Assembly: GCA_025201805.1 (NCBI GenBank)
Contig: MU619278.1
Location: 56,787 to 120,786, forward strand
Reading direction: 5' to 3'
DNA length: 64,000 nt
From: Parasitella parasitica NRRL 2501
Taxonomy: Eukaryota; Fungi; Mucoromycota
Position numbers and translations under genes: made by a program. The notes under the pieces are model-generated. The model was given only the letters and a program-made list of their open reading frames with translations, did not search any database and was not told the DNA's origin. Positions 12,184 to 27,061 of the stretch are shown piece by piece (the stretch's first letter is position 1; the number at the start of each line of letters is the position of its first letter).

Positions 12184-13712
12184 TTATTCTGGTTGAAAAA
12201 CATCGATGTCTTGGTCCAGAACATGCATTGATGCTAGTTTACCAGGCGAGCGGGTCCATGAAGGCTCAGATACTAGGTTTGTTGATGACTCTACATGCAA
12301 ATGCATGGGTACAGTTTTCGTTTAGAGACAATAAAATTCAACATGCGTTTATATCATACCATTGGGCTCTTGTTGATATTGCGATTCTTCATCGTCATCA
12401 TTTAGTGAAATCGTGTCGTCGATAGAGTGTTGTCGAGAACGGCCATCAGCACTGCTGAGGCCACCGATGATGTATTTATGATGATATGTACTTGAGGTAG
12501 GCTCCGGCGTAACTGCAGCGTCAGCAAAAAGAACATCAGTTGTCGATGATGTCCTTGATCTATCGGGCACAACATTAGTGGTTGTTGTATCAGTAGTAGT
12601 GTCAGGATTTGTATTGTTAGTAGCTGCATCTTGTTGTTCAGACTCTAGCAAAGGCTGCAAGATGCGACGTCGAGCATTGATGAACCAATTACTGATCTGA
12701 CTCACCATCAGACCAGTTTCGTCAGCAAGTTTTTGCTTTTCTCTTTCAGTAGGGTATGGATGTTTTTTATGAAGAATAAGCCAGCGCTTTAGATACTCAG
12801 TAACCTCCTTGGGGAGGTTGCCACGCCGTCTTTTTCTACTGATGTTTGGACGGTACGTGGGGTGGAATTGAGGCTCTGTTATAAATGTGGTTGTCATTAG
12901 TGGATGTTCTTGCTCCGGAGCTTCGTCAATGATAGTTCTATCGTTCATGCTCTCTGATCTAGAGATTGTATTAACATAAGAAGTATGAGGAGCTCTTTGC
13001 TGTGGTAGATTTGTTGTTGTTGGTGTCGATGATGTTGGTGCCGTTGCTGTCGTCATGACAACGCTATCATACAAATGGTTGGTCGAAAATGGTACGGCGG
13101 TTGATCTGTGATTAGAAGAGTTTGTGGCAATCGATGTAGATGGGGTGGGAGTAAATAAAGTACGGAAATTATAGCATATTTTACTCGACTGGTCGAATTT
13201 CTCGGTAAAAAGGTCTGAATTGCTTGATGTATGACATTGATCTGATGCTACCAAACAAAAAAGTAAGTAGGATGTATGTGCATACAAGATGTATAGATTG
13301 TGACGCTGAAAAAAATGTTTTCCATGTCGTATAATGGGATATCAGTACCTGCAATAGATGTGGATTTCGATTCTTCAGAATGGGTATAACTTTCTCTTTC
13401 CCAGAGCTGCGCATTCTGCGCCAACATTTCTCGGGTCTTGAGCCTATGCTGCTCGATTAGAGATTGGGTATGCTGATCTTCATTGGATGGAGTATCATTG
13501 TTATGAGTTTTCAACGGCTGCTGGTTATGATGGTTGAATAGCACAATTGGCGAAAACGTTTTTGTCTGGAAAAGGGGGAAGAAATGTGTTAACATCAATT
13601 AGCTTGCAAAGTCATTGATTTCCAAGATCTTGGTTTTTCCATAAAACTGAATCATTTTAGGATATCAAATGAGTTGAGAAAATTGCTTTAATCTTACATT
13701 TTGAGAGTTCAT
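12184..13712 (-). CDS. TALE-class homeodomain transcription factor (Cup9/PKNOX-like)
   Basis: RRRRGNLPKEVTEYLKRWLILHKKHPYPTEREKQKLADETGLMVSQISNWFINARRR (PYP TALE insertion, WFIN). Probable first exon MNSQN at 13712 with an in-frame upstream stop; last exon ends ...DVFQPE* at 12184. Confidence 0.9.
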
Positions 13713-13739
13713 GAGCTATTCTTTCCAGTTTCTTTTTTT

Positions 13740-14269
13740 NNNNNNNNNNNNNNNNNNNNNNNNNNNNNNNNNNNNNNNNNNNNNNNNNNNNNNNNNNNNN
13801 NNNNNNNNNNNNNNNNNNNNNNNNNNNNNNNNNNNNNNNNNNNNNNNNNNNNNNNNNNNNNNNNNNNNNNNNNNNNNNNNNNNNNNNNNNNNNNNNNNNN
13901 NNNNNNNNNNNNNNNNNNNNNNNNNNNNNNNNNNNNNNNNNNNNNNNNNNNNNNNNNNNNNNNNNNNNNNNNNNNNNNNNNNNNNNNNNNNNNNNNNNNN
14001 NNNNNNNNNNNNNNNNNNNNNNNNNNNNNNNNNNNNNNNNNNNNNNNNNNNNNNNNNNNNNNNNNNNNNNNNNNNNNNNNNNNNNNNNNNNNNNNNNNNN
14101 NNNNNNNNNNNNNNNNNNNNNNNNNNNNNNNNNNNNNNNNNNNNNNNNNNNNNNNNNNNNNNNNNNNNNNNNNNNNNNNNNNNNNNNNNNNNNNNNNNNN
14201 NNNNNNNNNNNNNNNNNNNNNNNNNNNNNNNNNNNNNNNNNNNNNNNNNNNNNNNNNNNNNNNNNNNNN
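13740..14269. other. Assembly gap (N run)
   Basis: 530 consecutive N. Confidence 1.
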
Positions 14270-16802
14270 AAATGACCATGGGAGCAGAGCTGACAAATTT
14301 TTTTATATGAATTCACACAACAACTATCTGCGCAAATGTTTACATCGTATTTTGGAAATAGGGACCCACTGCCGATGTTTTTTTGTTCTCTCCTCATGTG
14401 AAAGGACCGGACAAGCTTTCTTCTACGCAAATATAGGAGACGAAGGGCGGAAGACTATTTACGTCTGGTATACTTAAAAGGAAAAGATGTACATGTTGTT
14501 GTTCATCAATATCTTGTTACATGAAATGCACATCATAGAGGAGAAAGAAGTCAATGCATATTCCTCAAATGTTACATCATCAACGTACATTTATCAAAAA
14601 GTATCCAAGATTGATCTTTACGATTTTTCTGCATTTGATTTGATGTATGATATCTACGATTTGCTGCGTGCATTCCTTGTCTCTATTAATAGCCTATGCT
14701 GATTCAATATGGAAACTGTGCGTCTTCGCGTAGAGTACATGGTCGCTTTCAATAAACTATGGGATTATTGACGGCGTCGAGTATTTGCATCTTATACATG
14801 GCTATCTCAAACTGCGTAAAAATTAGAGAAAATTCTTTGAATATTTAGTAGAGTAACGCGCACAGACCAGCGGCTCGTCAGCTCTGATCATCTTCATCGT
14901 ACATATGTATATATACACTCGTCTTGACAAGATATTATTTTCAAGGAACAAGGTCTTCTTGAACACGTTTGCTTTGTAGATCTGAAGTAAAAGTGAATCA
15001 GCGTAAAGCTGGAGATGCTTTCGAAAAGATCGTTATGTGTAAATAGCTAATGGCATTGATAATTTAGGCGTAACTGTATACCACCGCAATATCGACATTT
15101 GTTTTCATGTAAATTCTCATGTCGACTCGAGAAACTTTAATTTTTGATAATGCCGTTTGCTTCTTGACAAGTTGACTGACTCCTTCCAATTCCACAACAT
15201 AACACCTTTCATCTAAACGGATAAAAAAGACAAAAAGAGTGCTATTACAAACTCACTAAAATGTTTTTTTGTGTATTTGTACAGTCGTCTTGAATTCTAG
15301 TTTTTTTTTTCTTATTTTCCATGGTGACAGTATGGCAAGCGCCTGCAAGTGTGATATTAGTCTAGACAAATTGGAGAAATAGAAGGTCATATGGGGTTTT
15401 CTAAAACGTATATAAAATGAATAAAGTTACAAGTTTGGATACAAACAATAAACGCATCCGTTTCGATTGTTTTGTCTCTAGCTATGTCACGCTAAAAGAT
15501 CTGGACATAACTGTTTACAAGTTGGACAAACACCCGTGTGATACAAAGAATTGCTTATGATAGCAACAGAGCTCCGATTTCCAACTGAGATGTTGGGGTC
15601 GTCATAATCATCAGACTTGTATGATCACTTGCCTTATTGGATTGATTTCTTAAAACTAAATTTGAACCGAACGATTGGGAATAAACAGTTGTGAAAATTG
15701 AGACAATCTTGATATCAAAAAAAGCAATCGTGATAAACCCAAATTATAAAATTGAAATGCGAGATCGATTTCTTCTAGATTTTGCATAGAATGTCAAAAC
15801 TGTGATACCAAATCACGTAGTCAGAACATTCTTCTTTGCAGTATTGACTTTTTCTTTGATCCATAAAAATAAAAAGAATATTCTTCAATTGACATTGAAT
15901 GATTAGACTTTCTTCTTATTTAGTTACACATAAACACAGCCAATGATAAAAACAATCTTGATCCTGACGATAGCACGCAATTTGCAAATAAATTGAGTTT
16001 TGTTCATTTGACATGATGTTGTTAAAGTTTACGGTGATCCTCCAAAAAAAGAATTTTATTGCTGTTGTTCGTATTTCTCAAATCTGCATTCATTTATAGC
16101 GCTTTGTTTGTGCTCAAGTCGGCTAGTAAAAGTGCCCCTGAAATTTTTCTTGTTCCAGGAAGCTGCTAGTTTCCAATATCCGACATCAAAGGTGCTCGGG
16201 TATGCTTGCAATATGCCAAACATGTGTCTCCCTTTATTTCACATAAGCGTTGCACAAAAAGTCAGTGCAGCACGCTAGTTTAAATGCCAGTTTGTATTAA
16301 ATGTGAAAATCTTGCAACTTTTGTGTTACATGGAGGTCCGTAATTCCTGATAAATTTGTCCAAATCTGAACAAATCTGGATTAAATTACATTCATTGTCT
16401 TTTCTGTCGTGCAATTTTTCATGTAAAAATAAAAAAATAAAATCACGAGGTCATGTATTATAGGCGGGCCTTGTGTGTCGCATTGATCCAGTCTATTTTT
16501 AAATTTCTTTCTGATTCGAAGAAAAGGATCGAATGATTTAAATATTAAATTTGCAAAAGTTTTATCGAATAAAACACTATCAACTGGAAAGTTATAAATC
16601 TTGGCTTATTGACAAATACCCCGTGTTGCACATGAATTACAAACTTTATTACAATTGCTGACTGATACCCAAGAAATCAATTACGTTTCATCCTACATAA
16701 AACGCCACAAAATACCCCTCTTTTCACGCAGGCCACACTCTGCAAGGGTCAACTGCGATTATTGCTCACAGTAAAAGAGCAAATTGCTCATATACGAACC
16801 CT

Positions 16803-17931
16803 TTATTCATACGAGGGTTTCCTAGCGACTACAATATGCAAAAAATTATCGGCAAAAGACAGATTCTCGTAAGCCCAATTGATAGGAGTATCCAGAGGCA
16901 AAACGATGCTATGTGCAACGATTGCGATCTTTCCGTTCAGCTCTGAAGATTCGAATAAATCTGGTATCACTTTCTCCAAAATGGCTCCTAGTGTTGGAAT
17001 CGATTCTTTTTCTGCTTTTGTGTTATTAACATCGACTTGGCATTTAGTCGAGCTTCTAATAACTTACCAGACCCCCCATAATACGACACCAACTCTTGCA
17101 CCACTGGACAGTTATCAGGCAGATAAATTCGAAGTGGCACATGTCGCAAACTGTCTGCGTACTCTACAAGGTGTTTATTCACGTCTCGAAACTCGTTATA
17201 CCGATCTACAGCAAAGATACATATTAGAGTTTGAGTAGAGCATTGTTTTCCAGATAGAAACTTACCTGAAACAAGCGAATGCCACAATTGTGCTGTATCG
17301 CGCTTTGATAGATTCATCACTTTTTTGATATTCCCATTGCGAAGAAAGTCTGCCTAAAGCAACAGTTAGGGCAAATTAGATTAGATGCGAATATAGCTCG
17401 TTGCCTCTTTAATCATCGACATGAACATGTCCTGCATAGTTTCTGGAGTAGGTTTCAATAAAATAGAATCACTAGGTAAATCTTTAAAGTGCATTGTAAC
17501 ATTCCATGGTGTGCACAAGTCTGCTGTATGCAGATCAAATAGTAATCCAACAGGATAGTGCCTGATATTGGTGCTGTAAGTGTAGTGCTTGTATGAATGG
17601 ATGCAAACCCTACCATTTTAACGGTTGTGTGTCATGATCATACCAAACAGATTGAAACGCCTGCTCAGAGACTTGCATACCCAAGCTTAGTAGCAGCTGT
17701 TGGACATGCTTTGTGACTAAAGGCAAATACGAACATCTCGACACTTCCAGCTATTTAAACAAAGTATGTTAACATGTGTTTTTGATTAAACTTCAAAGAG
17801 AAACATACGTAAATAGGGTCCCACACTTTTTCATCGCCGTAAGTATCAATATCAGTGGGGTCCAGAGTTATCCTCATTGGTATCTTTCCATTCCATACTG
17901 CTTCTGATATGCTGGCATCGTATAAAGACAT
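16803..17931 (-). CDS. ATG5: Autophagy protein Atg5
   Basis: VWNGKIP, PLKWHYPVGLLFDL, PWNVTMHF, FMSMIKEADFLRNG, LRHVPLRIYLP, HSIVLPLDTPINWAYENLSFADNFLHIVV. Contains one GC-AG intron. Confidence 0.95.
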
Positions 17932-18053
17932 GTTTATCAATATGGAAAAGTTGTGAATAAAACAAAAACAAAAAAATAAAAAAACTGCATACATTGCGAT
18001 GCGATACCATGGTGATGGAAAGTAGCTCCGACAATGTTAATTTCATGTTTTAT

Positions 18054-20406
18054 TTAATGAAAATGCTTTCGTTTAAGCAGTGATATACCGCAGGCTTCTT
18101 CTTCTCTTCTACCTAGGATAACTGGTCTAGGAGTTGATTCAGAGGGATCATAATCGCACCTCAGTTCTGATTTACCGGCACGCATACCGCATATTGTATT
18201 GACACGACAAGCTTGGTCACATTCAGGCGTCATGGGAGATGACTTGTAGCGATTTAGCCAATACAAATCAAACTTGTCATCGTCCAGTTCCATCTCTCGA
18301 GTTACATGATGCCACCAACTAGCTGAAAGAGGTTTATACGGATTTCCCTTGGATCCATAGAGCTCCTTTGCTGAATATTCCTTGTGCCAGTCCTACATGT
18401 GTGAAGTTTTGGTAAGCGGCTACTGTGTAAATTCAAGTAAACTTCACGTCAACTCACGAGCGCTTGATCCCACGCAGTAGACTTATCCAGCTCTGCAATA
18501 AATGTGTGCGCATCAACAACTTCAAAGGTGCCAGTATCAATAGTATAGGTTCTACACAGAAAAGGTTGGAACATGATGAGGATCATCGCTGATGATGTAT
18601 GCATACCGAAATCCAGGGTTGAGATTGGGGAATGGAGTGATCGAAGGCCCCAGATAAGCTACAGAAATAGCATCCTTTGATTCCTGGGACGCATGATTAT
18701 AGAATATCTGAATTTCATCTCTAAATGGGCGTCTCAAAAGAGTGAGTGAAAACTCCTGTGGCAGATACCTGTTGGTAGGAATTACCTGTGTGTATGACCA
18801 AAAAATTGCCCGGCAATGACATGAGGCGCGTATCTTTCGACAATTTGATAGTAGTAATTTGCATAATCATGAAAACAAGAAGAGTCTCCAGGTGGGGTAT
18901 GTCCGATAATCCACACTCTCTCCTTTGCATCTTCAGATTCCTGTAAATGGCTGATGAGCCATTTCAAGATTCCGTTGGGGTCCCTCTTTGTGGGATGTTC
19001 ATAGAGCCACCAATTGAGGTTGTAGCAAAAATTAGTATTGAGACTGATCAGTTTTAATCCAGGCACAGGATGGCTAATGTAGCTGCCGCTGTTTTGGTGT
19101 ACACTGCCAAGATGCTTTTTTGGAAGCCAACCCTTCCAACTCTCTTCCAAGGATTCGTAAAGCCATCCCATGGTAAGATCATCATGCCTGTTGCCTCCCG
19201 GCAAATTGGAGTCTACAAGCGGGAACAGATTGGTAGGTGCGGATTCATGATTGCCAATAGCTGGATACAGTTTTGCATTGATGAAAAAGGGCGAGTCAAA
19301 GTGTGCATGAAGTAAGGTGTAAGAAGCATCTTGAATCATTCGAGTTTTCTTGGTTGGCAGCGTTTCCCAAACTTCATGTGGTGGTATGTCACCTGTCAAG
19401 ATAGCAAACGATGTGTTGGGTGATGCAGTAGGTATATACTCTAGCATGGACTCGATCAACGTGAGGGGTGAATCACATCCATACGATCCCCATGGTGATG
19501 ACAAGTTCAAAATGTTGTCGAAATTTGTCGACTCTCTTCTACAGCAGATAGGCTTATCGCATAAGGTCTCTGTACCTTCCTATAAAAATAAAAATAAAAA
19601 TAGACGGTTGCATTCGTAAGTCGAGTGGTGCTGTAACGTATGAAAAAGAGACAAACCTCGTATAAGGGATCTACATGCCAATCGCTAAGATGAAGAACAG
19701 TCATTGTTTTATTTGTTGGTTTATGCACATGAGGGTGTTTGGGCTTTCGTTTAGGAAATGGCACCTTCCACGGTTTAATCCCTATGTTTGTAAATCTTAT
19801 AATTTGTTGCAGATAAAAGCATCCGAGTCCACTTACCTGGATAGGGACATGCATTAAGCACAGAAGCACAAGCTAAATGGCCATCTCTGCCTGATATATC
19901 CATAGTCTACAAAAAGTCCTTATCTTTTAATACTCTTGACCCCCACCAACTAGAACCAACTAGAACCAACTAGAATCACATCCTGATGCTGTTACCTTCA
20001 AGACTTTACGGATAATAGGTCCCTGTTCTCGAACCATGCCTTCACACTGAATATATGCATACAAAGTAAGTAAATTCATCAAATAAATCCAAGGGAAACA
20101 GTGTCTTACGACTTGGTCATCGACTTGTTTCGAACGTTTACAAATGTTGGTCATTGCTGCTAATTGTATTCTCTCAGGAAGATAGCAAAATCGCTTAATC
20201 ATGTTGAGCAAATTGATACAAGACTTGCAGTTTTTGACTGCATCTTCCGGATTTATACGGTTATCGAGCAGACGACTGACTTCAATAAACATCTCATCCT
20301 CTAGCCGTTGCTGTGTGCTTTCAAAAGAGGACTGGAATAAGCTGCTGGCATTTATCCTTGCCGCTAGAAACAACAGTACCAGTGTACCAAGTAGCAAAAA
20401 TCGCAT
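18054..20406 (-). CDS. Acid sphingomyelinase-like metallophosphoesterase with signal peptide and saposin-B domain
   Basis: Signal peptide MRFLLLGTLVLLFLAA, CKSC saposin cysteines, motifs LSDWHVD, TGDIPPH, GNHE, IIGH, FFGHTH, NPGFR. Confidence 0.92.
19946..19975. repeat. Intronic 10-bp tandem repeat (CCAACTAGAA)x3
   Basis: Directly visible. Confidence 0.85.
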
Positions 20407-20795
20407 CTTTTGTGTTGTAGATAATTAATAGAAAGAAAGAAAGGGCTAAATTCCCCAATGAAATCTTATACAGGAAAAAAAAAAGGCATGACTTGCTCAG
20501 CAACAAGCTATTGGCTACTGGATGCATGACCCAATGCCAAAGTACACCAGTGGAGTCAAACTACACAATATAATGGATACTACACTAACCATTTTTATAC
20601 TACCAGCTATTGGTAAAGCGTGCATGTGTAAGACAGCAATGTATGATATCTCTTCAGATTTGCACATACACATCAACTAATAGCACATGAATTTAACATG
20701 TTTAATTTTTACAGCTAGTAGTGTTGTAGGTGGTAAAAGGAAATTGAGTATATAAATAAAGAGAATATATAGTATATCATCACACTGCTAAAAAG

Positions 20796-20800
<5 letters not shown>

Positions 20801-20826
<26 letters not shown>
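20801..20826. repeat. (GA)n microsatellite
   Basis: Directly visible, just downstream of the MET17 stop. Confidence 0.9.
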
Positions 20827-20851
20827 TACAAGGTCTTGCCTTGTAATTGAT

Positions 20852-22349
<1,498 letters not shown>

Positions 22350-23119
22350 AGTGTTATGGTTTTAGATTATGAATGAGAAGAAAAGAATAGGCTATGGAAA
22401 ATTGTAGGAGTTTTATACTTTTTCTTGCTAGAAATATCGATAATAGCAATACATATACAAAGACTCGTGCATTATGGCGTCAATCACTTTTAAGCCTATA
22501 ACATTTGAAAGCTCATGTTTCTGATAGTAAAGATGCTAATTTACCATTGGCTGATTGTAATACAAGTTTATCAGACGATTCAAGTAGCTGAACCTTATCA
22601 TAACATCTTTTACCATGAGAGTCGAGGGAGAAAGGGTCCATTTTCTTTCAACAAAAAATTGTTTGTGAAAGACTGCAGACAAAATTTGCACAAGGGTTAA
22701 AAACCTTAGAGTATATATCAAGCTTACTTGTACTGGAGCAATATGTTATTTCGGTTGTCCTCAAGATATACATGAATAGTATGGGACTGGGCCTAGAACT
22801 GCTTCCAGCTTCATGTAACAGGCACAGAAAGGAAAAATGTCATTGCCTGTATTTAATTCACATATTTCTATGCAAAATGATGTTTCTTGTCTCCTTGGTT
22901 TTTAATAGATCTGTTGTTGACTCCCTTTTTCCTATTCTCTCATTACATATTATACATGCATGATTTCACTGTTCATACACCTGGTAATGGCAAAATCTAT
23001 CTATAAACATACTTTTGCGTTTATACTCTCGTGATAAGACGATTTTTTCTATTTAAATAATATTGCTTTCAAAATATAAATTTATATGTACAATAAATAG
23101 ATGTTATGGAATGTTTATG

Positions 23120-24001
23120 TTATGCATCTAAAAACGACGCCTTTTTGCGCAGGGAGACTACAGAAGCTCTCCTTTGTATTAATAATCTGGATGAAGATTT
23201 AATCTTTCGTAATGTTTTTCTGAGATTTGTTTCTTCTACCGCGCTTGAGGAAGAAGATGAAGCCGAATTGACACTACTTGAGGGCCAGAAATTCATTGAT
23301 ACTTTTTTCTTGAGACCACTTGTTAAGCTCTTTTTTCTTTTAACAATGCACTCTTCGTCGTAAGATGGAGGAGGAGATGTGACATTGGACTCATCTATAT
23401 CTACAGGGGAAGAGAAAGATAAGGCATACATATTTTCTTGCTGTTCTATTTCAAAAGACATATCTATTTGCATAAAAGATGTATCAAATGTGTGCATTGA
23501 TTCGTGATAAGGTGGAACTTGTTGCTGCTGCTCTTGGTGTTGGTAAAGCTGGTTTGGAACTGGATTAAAATCTGTTAATGATCGCACTTTAACTAGAGAT
23601 TTGTCTTTGAAGCACTCATCCTCTAATGTTACCGGTGGCTGTTGATTCTTAACTGGAGCATAAATTTCATTTTCTGAATGATAAAATTTACGCCTAAAAT
23701 AGCCTGCAATGAGGTTTGTGGTGGCAGTAGGTGTCGACATCGTTATTGTTGAGTATTCTGCTTCGTATTCATGAATTTCTGGTGGCTCTGCCGAAAATGT
23801 AACTCTCTTTTGGTTTATTTTGCTGCGATCTTCATAATGTTGACATTGCTGCTGCTGCTGCTGCTGTTGTTGTTGTTGTTGTTGTTGTTGCTGACTTGCC
23901 CATAAAATCTTGTGATAAAATTCTACTATATTAATTTTTTCTTTTCCAAAATAATCACTTGGCCATGAATATAAGTTTTGATTCTCTTGAGCATCAATCA
24001 T
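23120..24001 (-). CDS. Low-complexity polyQ protein with RVxF (PP1-docking-like) motif
   Basis: 293-aa intronless ORF, polyQ, KRVTFSAEPPEIHEYE, Ser-rich basic C-terminus. Confidence 0.7.
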   Translation of the reverse strand: MIDAQENQNLYSWPSDYFGKEKINIVEFYHKILWASQQQQQQQQQQQQQQQQCQHYEDRSKINQKRVTFSAEPPEIHEYEAEYSTITMSTPTATTNLIAGYFRRKFYHSENEIYAPVKNQQPPVTLEDECFKDKSLVKVRSLTDFNPVPNQLYQHQEQQQQVPPYHESMHTFDTSFMQIDMSFEIEQQENMYALSFSSPVDIDESNVTSPPPSYDEECIVKRKKSLTSGLKKKVSMNFWPSSSVNSASSSSSSAVEETNLRKTLRKIKSSSRLLIQRRASVVSLRKKASFLDA

Positions 24002-25220
24002 GATTGACTATAATAGACTATACGCCTTTACAAACAAAAAAGCAAAAGAGAAGGAAGAGAGAAGAGCGAGAAAGAAAATATAAATGTAAAGCATATATTT
24101 GCTTTTGATCCGTACATACAGTCAATAATTAGATGGTGAGTGAGCGGCAGTTCACTCTGTGAAATTATAGGGGTGATTCTGTAGGAAAATGCAAAACGAG
24201 ATAAAAAACTATAGTGTACAGAAACATGAATGAAGAGTTTGATATATGCACATGTCTACATCTCCTTTCATACTTGAGTAAACAGTGGTTGCCATGTGTT
24301 CCAGTTTATCAAGCATTTGTCTCCATGACAATGGTTGAAGCCATTTGTCAAAATAAGGTTTTTTTTTTCACAAGTGTATCAAAACACACTGGTTGCACAA
24401 ACACATGAAAATGTATTTACCAGGCTCCGTTATCCCTTTTTTTGTGTGGTTTTGCCAAAGTTTATCTCTCGAAAAAAACCGATTTTTTCCAAATAAATAA
24501 AAACGTGCATTTAGAATACGTGTATGCTGTCTATACATATCTTGTTGAATGTAATAAGGAAACCCCTTTAGTACTTTCTACTTTTCGTAAATGCGTCACA
24601 TTGAAAATGATAAGATTGGCATTTGGGATCGATCGCGATATGGAAAAACTTTACCCAGTAATCAGAATAAGCAACGTTGAGGATATTCCAAACGAAAATG
24701 GCGACATTTACCATTTCAGAATCGTAAAAACCTTACTTTTCAATTCGAGGAGTGATGCATAAAATAAAACGCTCTCGCGCACAACAAATACGGACACAAC
24801 AAATACGGAGGATATGGTTCCATATAATGTATAGATAGCATTCACTTTACATGTTCAAAATGCAAATGTACGTCATGTATGACGTTGTACATTACAAAAC
24901 TTAAAAACTTATTAAAAGGGAGTTACTTGTACAATGACAGCATCGGACAATCTTATTATCTTTGGTGGTTGGCTCCCGAATCATTGGGAATTGTACCTGA
25001 ATAAGGAACTGAGCCATGCATCACCCTTATATTTCAAGCAATGTCTATATTTTCTCATTTTTTTCTTTTTCTTTCACTTTTCTCTCTCTCTTTTCTCAAT
25101 CACTATTTTCCATTTCTGCAATTTGCCAATTCTGGTTTAGTCTTTTTACAAAAAGAGGAAACCAGAAAGCTTATATTATACATGAAAGATTATTATATAT
25201 TTGACATCTCATCCTAATTT

Positions 25221-26711
25221 ATGATTACCATAGCAACGAATACACTCGTATGTCCTTCATCCTCTTCCTCACCACGAACATTTGATCCAGTAACCAAATT
25301 TTCTCATGCTTCTCATAATAGATACAGTAATTTTTATCTTTCAATGCAACAACCACAGCAACCACAGCAGCAGCAGCAACAGTCCTATCATAGGCATACC
25401 ACTAATTGCAGTGATATAGAAATATCTCTGGTAGATGGGATGAACCATATGTCGCCTATGGATGCCTTTTATCACCACGATCAAAGTTTTAATTACAACC
25501 AAGTAATGACCAACTATAGCAAGAATTGGTCTGAACGCATACTTCAAGACATTACAGGCCTACTTTACGTATTGTCACCTACTGGCGAAATGCTGTACTG
25601 CTCATCATCATGCATCGAACTAACTGGATTTCAGCCTGAAGAGCTAGTCGGCAGGCTTTTGACCGATTTTATACATGTCGATGACCTTGATTTGTTCATT
25701 CAAAACTTCCAGTTGGCGTTCAACTCTTTGTCACGCATCAAAATGCATTACCGTCTACGATGCAAAGATAGCTCGTTTATATTACTGGAATCTATAGGCC
25801 ATCCAAAGCAAGATGTTGTCAATACACCGCCACAGTACTTTTTCGCTATTGCGCAGCCTTATTTGTCAAGAAGCAATGGATTGATGGACTCGTTCTTGGA
25901 AATGAAGCTAGAGAATGAATGGCTTAAAAAACGGCTTGATGGGATACTTAACATGGACCATTCTCCACCTATTTCTTCAGTAGAGCCAGCATTTAACAAC
26001 TTGCAAATAAACTTACAGCCACAACGATATCAGTTGGAACAACAACAGCAGCAGCAACAACATCAACAATATTCGTTCTATAACAACCTATACAGCTCAA
26101 ATGATCAGCAACAACAACAACAACAACAACAGCAGCAGCAGCATCAACAACAACAAAACTATCTGCATCAGCAACAACAAATACAAACAAATCAATCATC
26201 ACGTAGGCCATCTAGTTGCACCGTCATGATGGATGATCAATGGAATTTCTCTCCATCCGTGGCATCTTCATCTGACTTGATGAATAGATACCAAACCGAA
26301 GAGGCTACTATGGCAGGTTTATCGACAGCAGCCCTAAACACAGCGACGCCAAATACAACGACTGCAACAACACCTGTGTCAACAAACATGGCTACGACTT
26401 CTTACTCATCATCTGACACTAACTTGATGGTTCCACCCGACGTCGTGCGAAAGGATAAATGGAAACGAAGGGTAAGTGCTTACAAATGATTTACTCGGCA
26501 TATCACTGATGTTTTTAACAGAAAAAACAAAAAAGCATCGAGTATCTTTGCACCGATTGCGGTACCACATCCTCCCCCGAATGGCGAAAAGGTCCACATG
26601 GACCAAAAACGTAAGCGTTGCAACTATCTCGTCGTCCAGATTCTTACATCTCTTTTTAGTTTATGTAACGCGTGCGGTCTCCGTTGGGCAAAGAAAAACA
26701 AAAAGATTTGA
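25221..26711 (+). CDS. White collar-2-like protein (PAS domain + GATA zinc finger)
   Basis: [21 protein letters not shown]...[12 protein letters not shown] domain; spliced [32 protein letters not shown] finger. No LOV GxNCRFLQ motif. Start codon uncertain. Confidence 0.9.
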
Positions 26712-27061
26712 ATGTGAACTGAAACAATGAAAGCGTATATAATGTACGAGTCAAATAACTTTCATGGTGATTTTAATACTGATAATGATACCCCCCCCCT
26801 CCCTCCCTCCCTCCACTCCTCCCTGTTTCCGAGCTTAATATGTTCCTAGTTGATTTTAAATGTACAGTTTTCTCCTCTCGCTCGTCCTTTGCTTTTGAAT
26901 AGGATGATTCAAAAAGACCGAATTGAATGATATAATATGAATACATGTGTCGTAGTTTTTTGATTCAAAAATGTCTCTCTTAATATTATACATAATAAAT
27001 TAGAACCAAAGTTTGTTAATTTATTTATTTGCACTTCTTTAATACAAACATCATTTTCATT

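Noticed and set aside
13657-14477. Long ORFs spanning this interval
   Set aside because: Artefacts of the N gap.
25221-26711. Blue-light photoreceptor WC-1
   Set aside because: No LOV signature; a single PAS plus GATA finger indicates the WC-2 type.
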